Source: an uncultured Eubacteriales bacterium (GTDB taxonomy: Bacteria; Bacillota; Clostridia; Monoglobales; Monoglobaceae). Taken from it: a DNA stretch of 46,821 nucleotides. The stretch's first letter is position 1; every line of letters begins with the position of its first letter. The stretch covers positions 1 to 46,821 of the forward strand of contig URAN01000019.1 of the NCBI GenBank assembly GCA_900545865.1. Direction: 5' to 3'. The notes under the pieces were generated by a model that made no database searches, was not told where the DNA came from, and worked only from the letters and a program-made list of their open reading frames with translations. Made by a program: the position numbers and the translations under genes. Positions 18,406-27,779 of the stretch are shown here, one piece after another.

Positions 18406-18924
18406 TTAGTATTCTATACTTTTTTTCTTATCTTTAATTTTGTTAATCAACAGCCAAACCGCACCTATAAATATAACCATTACGGCTATATAAAACAAAT
18501 AGTATGAAATTGAAAAATTATATTTATTCGTAAAAATTCCACGGTCTTGAAAATCCCAGTTAAGCAATGCAAAAGTTCCTACTGTCAATACATCAAACAC
18601 TATAACCGCTATCGGCTTTTTTAAGACCGAAAAAAGTATATTTAGCAATGAGAATATTCCTATCGTTACCATAGCTATAGGAACAAAATATTTATAAAAT
18701 ATATTTGCTCCGTGGTAATAAATGTTTGCCATATCAAAAAGAGAAAGGTTCATTGCTTCCCTGTTAGTCATATTGATTTTTTCATAAAAAGGCGTGTTGG
18801 GAGAAATGTTTAGAATTTTTGCATATTCTTCCGTTGCACTCACATAAGGTATGAACAACGATATTATAATTGTCGCTATGCCGACAAGCAGTATTAACAT
18901 TGGGATATTTAATTTTTTATTCAT
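18406..18924 (-). CDS. Integral membrane protein (4 TM), hypothetical
   Basis: Hydrophobic helices (LILLVGIATIIISLFIPYV, VTIGIFSLLNILFSVL, YLFYIAVMVIFIGAVWLLI). Confidence 0.5.
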   Translation of the reverse strand: MNKKLNIPMLILLVGIATIIISLFIPYVSATEEYAKILNISPNTPFYEKINMTNREAMNLSLFDMANIYYHGANIFYKYFVPIAMVTIGIFSLLNILFSVLKKPIAVIVFDVLTVGTFALLNWDFQDRGIFTNKYNFSISYYLFYIAVMVIFIGAVWLLINKIKDKKKSIEY

Positions 18925-18938
18925 TGTGTTTCCTCCGC

Positions 18939-20123
18939 TTACTCTGCAACCTCTGCAATTTTTTGTGTAATTCTTGCAAGGGTATTTATGTATTCTGTTA
19001 ATACTTCCGATGAAACATTATCATTTTTTAACTCGTCCTCGTATTCCTGTGCTTTGTTTGCCCATTCTGCGGTTTCTGACATGATTTTTGCATAGTCCGA
19101 TATTAAGCTTAAATCATCGGGGTTTTCCTTGCATTTTTTAGCAAGTTCTATATAACTGTTAGTCCAATTTTCATAATCTTTAAGAAATTGTCTCCACGCT
19201 TCCGTGTTAGCGGAAGAAGTTTGTGTTGCAGTTGTTTCTGTCGGCTGTGGTGTTTCCTTTTTATCGGGTGCATAAAGATTGCCGTCAAGTCTTTCATCGT
19301 CCGCATAATAATGTATAGACAGCTTATATCCCTCTGAATTTTTAGCATTATAATATGTTTCGCCATTTGACGGGTCAGAGGTAAAACCTTTCTCTTTGCA
19401 AGCTTGTACATATTCTTTAAATTGTTCTTTAGAAGCTCCGTATGATGTAAAGCCTAAGCTTGTACTGCTTTCCGAACAAGATACAGAGGGAACATTAGGT
19501 TGTGGTATGATAGTTGATAACTCACCCTCTGCCCATTTATATATTTCAATACCGTTTTCATCACCCCAACTATATTTTTGAGATTTAAAATCATAGTATA
19601 TATTGTATGCCTTATCATTATCAACATATACTATAGTTGCCATATCGGGTTGCATTACTTCGTATTGAGCCATACTTTCAACATTGATATATCCGTTTAT
19701 TTCACACGGTGACCCACCTACCGTTTCTTTTGGCTCTGCAAATTTGTGAGAATAACCAGAAATATATATATCTTTAATTTTGTCATCAGCTATGTTATGT
19801 TCTTCTTTGCAGGTGTCAAAAACTTTAAGTTCCTCATCGGTTATTCCGTCTTTTAAGGTAAACTTTATTTCCATATCACCAATAGTGTATTTTGTGTTAT
19901 TTGTGTAACTAAAAACAACTTCTCGTTCACCCTCGACAATTTCTTCTTCTACAGACCAGGCTATATCCTCAATCTTAATCGGTATTTTCTTTGATTTTGT
20001 GCCGTCAGATGAGTTATTGCCATTATTACACCCTGTCAACATTGCCATTGAAATAAGTGCTGTTATCCCTATGCTAAGTACCTTGTGCCATTTCTTTAAG
20101 TTTAGTTTGTTTTTCATATCCAA
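18939..20123 (-). CDS. Lipoprotein, hypothetical (signal peptide + lipobox LTGC)
   Basis: MLTGCNNGNNSSDG lipobox. C-terminal acidic/coiled region. Cargo gene of the integrative element. Confidence 0.55.
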   Translation of the reverse strand: MDMKNKLNLKKWHKVLSIGITALISMAMLTGCNNGNNSSDGTKSKKIPIKIEDIAWSVEEEIVEGEREVVFSYTNNTKYTIGDMEIKFTLKDGITDEELKVFDTCKEEHNIADDKIKDIYISGYSHKFAEPKETVGGSPCEINGYINVESMAQYEVMQPDMATIVYVDNDKAYNIYYDFKSQKYSWGDENGIEIYKWAEGELSTIIPQPNVPSVSCSESSTSLGFTSYGASKEQFKEYVQACKEKGFTSDPSNGETYYNAKNSEGYKLSIHYYADDERLDGNLYAPDKKETPQPTETTATQTSSANTEAWRQFLKDYENWTNSYIELAKKCKENPDDLSLISDYAKIMSETAEWANKAQEYEDELKNDNVSSEVLTEYINTLARITQKIAEVAE

Positions 20124-20245
20124 ACCCTCCGTATATTTAATATATACATACAGTATATATTAAATCAGTCTAAATGTCAAGTAAAACTATACTTTCGGTA
20201 TAGTTTCCGCTATGAAATACGTTGCAAAACAGGGAATATTTTATC

Positions 20246-20267
20246 TTGACCACAATTTTGACCACAA
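20246..20267. repeat. attR-like direct repeat
   Basis: 22-bp perfect match to 14378..14399. Confidence 0.8.
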
Positions 20268-20725
20268 TAGATTTAAAAATTATATTTAGAAAATATTGAT
20301 TGTTATTTACAATACGACTACGAAAACACAAGTATTTATGCCATATTTACGATACAAAATTTTTGATGATAAATTAGGTCTTATAACAAATCGGAATAAG
20401 GTTACTATTAACTGCTGTTAAGCTCTGTATAATTTTCTTTTTCAGCCTTATTTAAACTCTCAGTATCATTATTATCAGTATCGTTATATTCAGGTTTATT
20501 ATCAGTCTTATTTGGTTTTAATTTTGAAATATCCTGACATTTATTTTTTAAATCTCCCGACCTTTCAGCCGTAAAAGTCCTGTCCTTTAAATTTTCAATG
20601 TCCGAAGATAAAATTTACCGGAATATGCCGGATTAAATAACAGCATAATCCGAACTTTAGATTTCTTTTTCTGCGTTAATATCTTTCGATATAACTTTAC
20701 ATCTCCTTTCTTTTGGGTTTTACAT

Positions 20726-21307
20726 TTATTCGGTATTGCGACTTGAGATTGCATTTCCGCAATACTCGCATTTGCCTGAGCTTCCGGCGCGGATCCTTGT
20801 TGTTCCGTTGCATTTTTCGCATACAACGTTGACAAAGCTTGTTTTGCTGTTTGCTCTGCCCGAGAGAAGCACGCATGGCAATCCCTGCTTTTGCAGTGTA
20901 CAATCTCGAAAGACGCCCTTTCCGAAAAGCCATTCAAGCTCGGAAAGCGCCTTATAGGACGGTTTTCCCATCTGCTTTGAAATCTCCTCAATCGTAACGG
21001 TGCCGTCTTGGTCGCACATAAATATTGAATCGTAACGGCGTGCAAGATTCGCTCTTATTCCGTTTTTTATGCCGTTTAACAAAAGGAGTGCGGACGGAAC
21101 AAGCATGACTATATTGGTAATCAGGTTATCACGAAGTTTTTCGTTATACCCCGTAACCCCCGAAATAATTCCGAACAGAAAAACCGCTGTGAAGAATCCG
21201 CCTATAATCATTTGTATGTGCTTCTTTAATGTAAGTCTTGCGATTGCCGCCGCTGAAATATACGTTCCGCCGCCGGAGAATAATTTTGTATTCGTCTTCA
21301 TTTTCAC
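20726..21307 (-). CDS. Membrane protein with C-terminal zinc ribbon (hypothetical)
   Basis: Two or three TM helices, then CEKCNGTTRIRAGSSGKCEYCGN. ATGA-coupled to the upstream gene. Preferred over the overlapping out-of-frame ORF 20587..21045. Confidence 0.5.
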   Translation of the reverse strand: MKMKTNTKLFSGGGTYISAAAIARLTLKKHIQMIIGGFFTAVFLFGIISGVTGYNEKLRDNLITNIVMLVPSALLLLNGIKNGIRANLARRYDSIFMCDQDGTVTIEEISKQMGKPSYKALSELEWLFGKGVFRDCTLQKQGLPCVLLSGRANSKTSFVNVVCEKCNGTTRIRAGSSGKCEYCGNAISSRNTE

Positions 21308-22152
21308 TGCCTCCGAAATATCATCATTCCCGCACCGATTACCGCAAGCAGTATACCGGCTATTATGCCGAAAATCGAGCCTCCGCGCACGCCTTTTTTG
21401 TTCTCCTCAGCAAATTCTTCCGCCGTCATAATTCCCTTAACGGTTGTAACCGCATCAATGTCATCGGCTTCTACCAGGTTACCCTCCTTTTGTACGCCGA
21501 CAATCGTATATTCGAGCGGATCGTCGGATGAAACGATACCGTAGGATACTTTTTGAGATCCGTCTCCCGTCGACGAGTACGTACCTGTTGATTTTTTCGG
21601 CAGCCAATTTTCTTTTGAAACGCAGTAGCTGCTTTCTCTTCCGCCCGAAAGCACCTTCCAGCCCGCATTGAGGCTCTTCTCGTCATATTGCTTAAATTCC
21701 GTGTTTCTTATAAGAGGATTGAGCAGTTTGCTCTCCACCTTAAACTCACCGAGCAGGGTAGGAGCGGCGAGCATGGTTGTTGTAAGTATTTCGGCATTTA
21801 TTCCGAAATTTGCCTTTTCACTGTAGTCGGTATTCTCCGGATGCCAATCCCACACTTTTTCATCACCGCTGCCGGTATCCTGTTTATAAGTCCAAACAGT
21901 TCTTTTCGCCGTTACTCCGGGAAGCTTAACACCCGTTATGGGATCCTGAAGCTGTTCTGCCGGTTTAAGAGTTCCTGAGACAACCACAAGTTTCCCTTCG
22001 TTTTCGGGGGTAAGCTTGCCGTCCTTAATCGTTGCCGCAGCTCTGATTTTCTCGTAACTCTGCGGTGCTGACACAAGAGCTTTTACAGCAAGCGAAGCAA
22101 AGAATATGCCTCCTATAATCAGTATAACGCCGATTATTTTTTTCATAGTCAT
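21304..22152 (-). CDS. Bitopic membrane protein (N- and C-terminal TM), hypothetical
   Basis: N-terminal TM IIGVILIIGGIFFASLAV and C-terminal TM IFGIIAGILLAVIGAGMMIF. Confidence 0.5.
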   Translation of the reverse strand: MTMKKIIGVILIIGGIFFASLAVKALVSAPQSYEKIRAAATIKDGKLTPENEGKLVVVSGTLKPAEQLQDPITGVKLPGVTAKRTVWTYKQDTGSGDEKVWDWHPENTDYSEKANFGINAEILTTTMLAAPTLLGEFKVESKLLNPLIRNTEFKQYDEKSLNAGWKVLSGGRESSYCVSKENWLPKKSTGTYSSTGDGSQKVSYGIVSSDDPLEYTIVGVQKEGNLVEADDIDAVTTVKGIMTAEEFAEENKKGVRGGSIFGIIAGILLAVIGAGMMIFRRQ

Positions 22153-22167
22153 TCCTCCATTCTGTGG

Positions 22168-23340
22168 CTATTCAAGCTTTTTTGCCTGATTTTGATACTC
22201 GTCCTGTATAAATTTTGAATTCTTATCGGTAAGAGCATTTACAACCTCGCCAAACGCCTCAAACTGCTCTTTTGTGCAATGCACCGCAACGGGTTTGCAG
22301 GCATATCCACGCGTCATACGTCCTAAATTTTCGTTTTTTACAAGTCCGAGCATGACTTCATAAAGCTCATCTGTATTGAAATAGGTTGCTTTTTCCTTCC
22401 ATGCGGCATAGTTCTTCTCGGATTTGTTTGTAAAGCTTGTCACAGCTGCCCATGCGGGAACTTTGTCACTGCCCGGTGTGGTTTTAAAGTAGTCTATCGT
22501 AGCCCTGTATGCCGCTTCGCTTGTATTTTCGTGCGACGGATAATCGTACCACAGCCAAACAAGTCCTCTTACGCCGCTTGAATGAAGGTCTGCGTCAGCC
22601 TCGTTTTTCAGCATTTCAGAGATAGGCGCAACCACTCTGTCATCACCGAGGAGACCGGCATACTCATACGCTGCTTTCCGAACATCGTTATCCGAATCCT
22701 TCATCAGCTTGATTTCCGCATCAACCGCACCATCAAGAGTTTTGTTCCATGTACTTCCGAGAGCAACCGCCGCCTGCCTTCTTACAACTGCGTTTTCATT
22801 CTTTGCCGCATCAAGCAGAAATTTGCCGATTTCTGCATCCTTGCCGCCTTCATTGCCAAGAGCTTTTACCGCACATTTAATAACATAAGGCTCTTTTTCG
22901 GTTTTCAGAATCTCCTTTGCCGCCGCTTTATGCGAATCACTTGCCCCGAAAAATGTGGCAATGTTTGAAAAAGCATAGCCTCTTACCTGCGGCGAATCGC
23001 TTTTCAGAAGCGGCTCAACAAATTCCTTTGCCCCGGGGAGTGTTGCCTTGTTGTCCTTAAGCTTTTTGATTGCTTTATCTGTTATATTTTCATCAAGCTC
23101 AAGCTTATCGTTGATTGTTGTATATGAATATGTGGAAGCAAGATTTACAAATTCGTCCAAGGTTATATTCTTTTCATCTTTGATAAACTCTTTTATCAGA
23201 TCGTCCTCTGTCATATTTGCGTAGTCAATCTTTTTAGCTCCCCCGGCTTGTTGTCCGCCGTTCCCGGTCTTGTCTCCTCCGCACGATGCAAGTGTGAATA
23301 TCATTCCGATTGTCAAAATCATTGCTAATAACTTTTTCAT
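22168..23340 (-). CDS. HEAT-repeat lipoprotein
   Basis: Lipobox LASCGG. Repeated VRxxAxxALG motifs (VRGYAFSNIA, VIKCAVKALG, VVRRQAAVALG, DVRKAAYEYAGLLG) typical of HEAT/PBS repeats. Confidence 0.55.
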   Translation of the reverse strand: MKKLLAMILTIGMIFTLASCGGDKTGNGGQQAGGAKKIDYANMTEDDLIKEFIKDEKNITLDEFVNLASTYSYTTINDKLELDENITDKAIKKLKDNKATLPGAKEFVEPLLKSDSPQVRGYAFSNIATFFGASDSHKAAAKEILKTEKEPYVIKCAVKALGNEGGKDAEIGKFLLDAAKNENAVVRRQAAVALGSTWNKTLDGAVDAEIKLMKDSDNDVRKAAYEYAGLLGDDRVVAPISEMLKNEADADLHSSGVRGLVWLWYDYPSHENTSEAAYRATIDYFKTTPGSDKVPAWAAVTSFTNKSEKNYAAWKEKATYFNTDELYEVMLGLVKNENLGRMTRGYACKPVAVHCTKEQFEAFGEVVNALTDKNSKFIQDEYQNQAKKLE

Positions 23341-23361
23341 AATATTGAATTCCTCCGTTTT

Positions 23362-24666
23362 TTATTGTTTATCATTATCATCAAATATGTCACCGCATTC
23401 AGGGCAGAATTTCGGCGGATTTTTAGGATCTTCCGGTTCCCAGCCGCACTTATCACATTTATAAAGCGGTGCGCCCGCAGGTTTCGGATTCCCGCAGTTT
23501 TGGCAGAATTTGCCCTTGTTTACCGTGCCACACGAACACGTCCAGCCGTCGGGCGATGCCTGCGGCTTTCCGCAATTCATGCAAAATTTGCCCGAATTTC
23601 CGGTCTGACCGCATTCACAGCTCCAGCCTGCCGTTTGAGGCTGCTGTTGCTGCTGACCCATCGCAAAAAGATTGCCTGCATTCATGCCGCCTGCGCTCTG
23701 CGCCATACTCATCCCGAAAAATCCGCCCATTGCACCCATTCCGCCTTCGTTTGCCGCAGCTGTTCTCATAGCGTCTGTCTGTCCGCCGACAATGCGCGCC
23801 GCCGCAATATTCGGGTTGGTTGTCATAATGTTTTCCTCCCACTCGGTAATTTTCTTTCTCTGATCCTCGGGGATAGATACACCGTTAATGCTTACGGTGA
23901 AAAGCTCGATTCCGCGCTTTTCCTTCCACTCGGCTTTAAGCTCCTCGGAAAGAGCCTTTGTAACCTCTTTTGTATGCGCCGGTATTTCGTAATACATTAT
24001 TTTCATTGCCGAAATCTGCGCAAATGCCGGCCTGAGAGCATCCAGAAGCTCACTCTTTAACATTTCGTCGATTTCCGAGCGGCTGTATACATATTCGACA
24101 TTACCGCTTACGTTCGTATAAAACATAACGGGATCGGCTATTTTATAGGAATACACGCCGTTACACCTTAAATCCACCGACAGCTTATAGTTCATAGACT
24201 CATCTATCGTTACCCTAAAAGGTACAGGTGAAGAAGTTCCGAATTTATTTCCGGTTATTTCCTTTGTGTTAAAATAATAAACCCTCTGATCCTTACCGGG
24301 TTCGCCGCCGAAAGTAAAACGCTTGCCTACCTGCGCAAAGCTTTGCTTAATGCTTTCGCCTAAGCTTCCACAGAAAATACTCGGTTCGGTGGAATTATCG
24401 TAGACAAATTCTCCTGCCTCGGCGCAAAATTCAACAATTTTGCCCGATTCCACGATAATCATGCTCTGCCCCTCATTTATTGAAATGATTGAACCGTTTG
24501 AAATAATGTTGTCGTCTCCCTTTTTGTTGGAGCTTCTTTTTCCCGCTCGTTTTTCGCCTTTTGCCACAAGTGTGTCGGCGTCCAAGCTTTCGCAGTAAAA
24601 AAATTCTCTCCACTGATCAGCTAAAACGCCGCCGAGCGCACCTGCCCCTGCTTTTAAAAGTCCCAT
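23362..24666 (-). CDS. SPFH/Band-7-like protein (YdjI-like) with triple C-terminal zinc-ribbon repeats
   Basis: N-terminal MGLLKAGAGALGGVLADQWREFFYC resembles the YdjI/SPFH family. The C-terminus has three tandem W/Y-x-C-x-CG...KFC-x-x-CG units. SPFH assignment is from motif memory. Confidence 0.55.
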   Translation of the reverse strand: MGLLKAGAGALGGVLADQWREFFYCESLDADTLVAKGEKRAGKRSSNKKGDDNIISNGSIISINEGQSMIIVESGKIVEFCAEAGEFVYDNSTEPSIFCGSLGESIKQSFAQVGKRFTFGGEPGKDQRVYYFNTKEITGNKFGTSSPVPFRVTIDESMNYKLSVDLRCNGVYSYKIADPVMFYTNVSGNVEYVYSRSEIDEMLKSELLDALRPAFAQISAMKIMYYEIPAHTKEVTKALSEELKAEWKEKRGIELFTVSINGVSIPEDQRKKITEWEENIMTTNPNIAAARIVGGQTDAMRTAAANEGGMGAMGGFFGMSMAQSAGGMNAGNLFAMGQQQQQPQTAGWSCECGQTGNSGKFCMNCGKPQASPDGWTCSCGTVNKGKFCQNCGNPKPAGAPLYKCDKCGWEPEDPKNPPKFCPECGDIFDDNDKQ

Positions 24667-24749
24667 AGTTCTGTTCTCCTCTCAATTATTTTATTTTTTA
24701 TACTCTGTTATATCCCATATATCGGGTGTACATATCAGCCTCACCTTAA

Positions 24750-25934
24750 TTACCCTTTCGGCAATTCTATCCTCATATCATGGCAGAGTATTCTGGAAAC
24801 AAGCGCTGCCGCTTCACTCCTCTTTACCTGCGAATCGGGATAATATGTCATATGCTCATCGCTGCCCACGGCAATCCCCTTATTGTAAAGGTCTAAAATT
24901 TCATAAGCGTGCGGCGTTGTATCGTAAACATCCGGAATGTCAGTAAGCGGAACATCGTTTATAAAACACCGTTCCATATCGCACCGTGAAAACAGATATG
25001 CCATCTGCGCACGAGTTGCGTTTGCGTTCCAGTCGAAAACAATGTAATCTTCAATGATTGCGTTGGCGTAGCAGTAGTCCACATAAACGTCATACCAGTT
25101 TTCGCCCAGCATCTGAAATTCCGATTTCTCGCCGTCATAACGCTTTTGATTATGAATAACCGCCGCAATCTTTGCCGCCTCGGCGCAGGTAAGACCTGCG
25201 TTCGGGTCAAATATCGTTTCGCTTTTGCCGTTTATTATACCGAAATTATATGCCGTTTGAACGTAAGCGTAATACCATGCGTCCTGTGATACATCGGAGA
25301 ACGGAAGAGGGTTTTCGTCAAGATATTTGCTTCCCTTAAAGCCGCAGTCCTCGCAGTATATCATGTTTTCACCGAAAATATCCTTTTCCGTCATACTCTC
25401 AACAACCGAAGTGTGCATAACTGAAAAACTAAAGTTCCCGTCACCCTTTGCATCGGATATTTTTTTGTGCATCGCATACTCATCTGCCGTGCACGGGATA
25501 TAAAACTGTATAAATCCGGTTCCGATAAACACATCAAAATCAAACGTTATTTCCTCTGAATTCAATGTAACCTCATTAAGATTTGCGCAGTTGGCAAAAG
25601 CGCGCTCACCGATATTTTTCACACTTGACGGAATATATGCGCTTTTGGCATTGCAGCCTTCAAATGCATTTGTGTTTATCAATTCAATTCCTTCGGCAAG
25701 GGATATGTATTCAATTCCTAAGTCAAAACAAGCCATAACGCCGATTTCATTGATTTTTGTTCCGTCTATTTCTGCCGGGAAAAAGGCAAATTCATCACCG
25801 TAATAAGCTGTAATTACTCCATCCTTTGTATATTCATACATACCGTCTGCTGATTTGAATGTTTCCCATTCCGCACAGACAACAGTGCTGCTTAAAATCA
25901 GCAGTGCTGCAAGCAATAATGATAGTTTTTTCAT
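24750..25934 (-). CDS. Cell-surface protein with BspA-type leucine-rich repeats and C-terminal SLH-like repeats
   Basis: Signal peptide. LRR_5-like repeats such as INTNAFEGCNAKSAYIPSSVKNIGERAFANC. C-terminal FSDVSQDAWYYAYV...GIINGKSETIFDPNAGLTCAEAA is an SLH pattern. Confidence 0.6.
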   Translation of the reverse strand: MKKLSLLLAALLILSSTVVCAEWETFKSADGMYEYTKDGVITAYYGDEFAFFPAEIDGTKINEIGVMACFDLGIEYISLAEGIELINTNAFEGCNAKSAYIPSSVKNIGERAFANCANLNEVTLNSEEITFDFDVFIGTGFIQFYIPCTADEYAMHKKISDAKGDGNFSFSVMHTSVVESMTEKDIFGENMIYCEDCGFKGSKYLDENPLPFSDVSQDAWYYAYVQTAYNFGIINGKSETIFDPNAGLTCAEAAKIAAVIHNQKRYDGEKSEFQMLGENWYDVYVDYCYANAIIEDYIVFDWNANATRAQMAYLFSRCDMERCFINDVPLTDIPDVYDTTPHAYEILDLYNKGIAVGSDEHMTYYPDSQVKRSEAAALVSRILCHDMRIELPKG

Positions 25935-25949
25935 GTTTTTCGCCTCCCA

Positions 25950-26828
25950 TTACTTTATTTTGGCTTCCGCATCGTCCGCACGTCTTGTGTAAACCGCCAT
26001 GCCGCCGGTCGCTGCATCATTCATAGCATTTATGCCTTCCTTCAGTTTTTCTTTGTCCGTCTCCGTTATAGCTTCCTCACCTTTTGTTGCAGCCTTAAAA
26101 GCCGTTCCGAATGCCGCCGCCATTCCAATCGCTGCCGCATCCTCTCTTTTTTCCGCCTTACTTCTGCCAAAGCCGAACAAACCTCTTTCATCATCGTGAA
26201 CGCCGAAAATATAATCAAACTTGCATTTTGCATTATGTGCATACTGCACGTCCGAACGATTGTTTTTGCTGAAACAGATTTTAAGTTCTTGCTTGATATA
26301 CGGATGAGGACGAAGACCTTTTTTGTTGTCTGTATTCACCTTGCTCATATTTCCGCCCAAAAGCTTGATTTTTAATCCGCATTCCTTAAATTCAGGATTT
26401 TTTCCCGGCTCGCTTGCCGGCGTTTCATCTATGTATTCCTCATAGCTTGCCACCTGATCGTAGCGGAAAAGCTCGTTCATCTTTCCTCTGCCCGTGTTGC
26501 TTCTGTGTTTAATCCGAAACATTCCCAAGTCATCGCAAAACTCAATGCCCATTTCCTTGAGCGACGAAGGGTATGTGTCTTTCTTTCCTTCTTTGGAATA
26601 GACCTCCTCAAAAAGTCTGTTCTGCCTTTTCATATATTCTATATGTCCCTTGATTTCATCCAATGTCAGCTCGCTCAGCCTAATGTACTTTGAACATAGA
26701 TTCCCGCAATCGTCACATAAAAATTCCTTGTTCTTTATTTTTGTGCGGTGCATCATGCCGCATTCCTTGCCGCATAACGCACAATTTTTTTTGCCGAAAA
26801 TGTTCTTGAAAAAATCACCGAGTCCCAT
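25950..26828 (-). CDS. Zinc-ribbon domain protein, hypothetical
   Basis: N-terminal CALCGKECG...CDDCGN zinc ribbon. C-terminal Ala/Gly-rich amphipathic tail. Confidence 0.5.
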   Translation of the reverse strand: MGLGDFFKNIFGKKNCALCGKECGMMHRTKIKNKEFLCDDCGNLCSKYIRLSELTLDEIKGHIEYMKRQNRLFEEVYSKEGKKDTYPSSLKEMGIEFCDDLGMFRIKHRSNTGRGKMNELFRYDQVASYEEYIDETPASEPGKNPEFKECGLKIKLLGGNMSKVNTDNKKGLRPHPYIKQELKICFSKNNRSDVQYAHNAKCKFDYIFGVHDDERGLFGFGRSKAEKREDAAAIGMAAAFGTAFKAATKGEEAITETDKEKLKEGINAMNDAATGGMAVYTRRADDAEAKIK

Positions 26829-26991
26829 AATTTTTTCCGGTATAATGTAATTGACTCATCTAACGGTCATTCGCATTATACCATTCTCCTTTCTATCAAC
26901 CTTTTATTCCGCGGTTGATTACGGTTTGGTTTATTGGTATTACATAAATAAGTAATGTGGATTTGTATATTTTTCTTCCTTAAAATTTTTA

Positions 26992-27768
26992 TTAAAAACT
27001 TCCGCCTCGTCCGCCGTGACTTCTGCCGGAAGACGATGTATGGCTGCCGGAATCCGATTTCGGTTTTTCCGTTTTTGTCACTGTACTGTAAAGGAATATA
27101 TCCCTTGAAAAATCAAGATTCATACTGTTCGGCTTCATATAATTTGCGGCATTGTCCTCTTTGACCGCCGTTTTCATTGCGCAGAGCTTTTTGTACATCA
27201 TAAAATACGCAAGAATAAGGGGAAGAAGAAGTGCCCCGGCAACCACACACAGGATATACTTCATGCTGTGCTGAGTTTTGTTGAACGGCTTACCCTCTGC
27301 TGCCATCTTCAAAAGTTCTTCCGTATGTTCGGCGTATGATTTGACCGCAGCATAATAGTTGTCTTTCTTCAAATACGGAACAATCTTTTTTTCCAAATAG
27401 GCAAGACCGTTTTCATTAAATATCGTTTCACCGCTGCCGCAGACTGAAAAATGATATTTTCTTTCATAGTCCGCTATGTAAAAAAGAATGCCGTCGCAGT
27501 TTTCACCGTAACCGTAGTCATTATAATCGTAAATGTCGTCTGCCGACGCTTGTGCGTCATAGGCAGATAATCTATCCTCTGAAACAAATACGATGTCAAA
27601 ATTATATTGTTCACGAATTTTATCAAGCCTTGCCGACAGCTCTTTATTTTGTTCCTCTGTCAGGTATCCGACCGAATCCGTAATCGTTGGATTGATAAAA
27701 TCCGCATATACGGTAATTGTCGATACAAAGCAGAGAAGGACAATCATGATTGTAACAAATCTTTTCAT
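26992..27768 (-). CDS. TPM-domain protein (YdjH/YgcG-like) with C-terminal TM and Gly-rich tail
   Basis: Signal peptide/TM, TPM-like core (LTEEQNKELSARLDKIREQYNFDIVFV), TM helix and SSGRSHGGRGGSF tail. Start at MKRF with a GGAGGAGG RBS. The track ORF extends to 27855. Confidence 0.65.
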   Translation of the reverse strand: MKRFVTIMIVLLCFVSTITVYADFINPTITDSVGYLTEEQNKELSARLDKIREQYNFDIVFVSEDRLSAYDAQASADDIYDYNDYGYGENCDGILFYIADYERKYHFSVCGSGETIFNENGLAYLEKKIVPYLKKDNYYAAVKSYAEHTEELLKMAAEGKPFNKTQHSMKYILCVVAGALLLPLILAYFMMYKKLCAMKTAVKEDNAANYMKPNSMNLDFSRDIFLYSTVTKTEKPKSDSGSHTSSSGRSHGGRGGSF

Positions 27769-27779
27769 TTGGCCTCCTC

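Larger units (their letters stand above)
14378..20267. mobile_element. Integrated ~5.9-kb integrative element (int-xis module plus cargo) bounded by 22-bp perfect direct repeats
   Basis: TTGACCACAATTTTGACCACAA at 14378-14399 and 20246-20267. A phage-type tyrosine integrase and an excisionase lie inside at the left end. The region is more AT-rich than its flanks. Confidence 0.75.

Noticed and set aside
20440-20560. Imperfect ATTATCAGT tandem repeats and a possible Asp/Asn-rich ORF on the minus strand downstream of 20726
   Set aside because: No start codon in the open frame. The repeats are short and degenerate, most likely non-coding spacer at the edge of the integrative element.
20587-21045. 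152-aa ORF overlapping the 193-aa membrane/zinc-ribbon ORF in another frame
   Set aside because: Arg-rich low-complexity translation with no RBS. The alternative frame (20726..21307) has TM helices, a zinc ribbon and ATGA coupling to the upstream gene.
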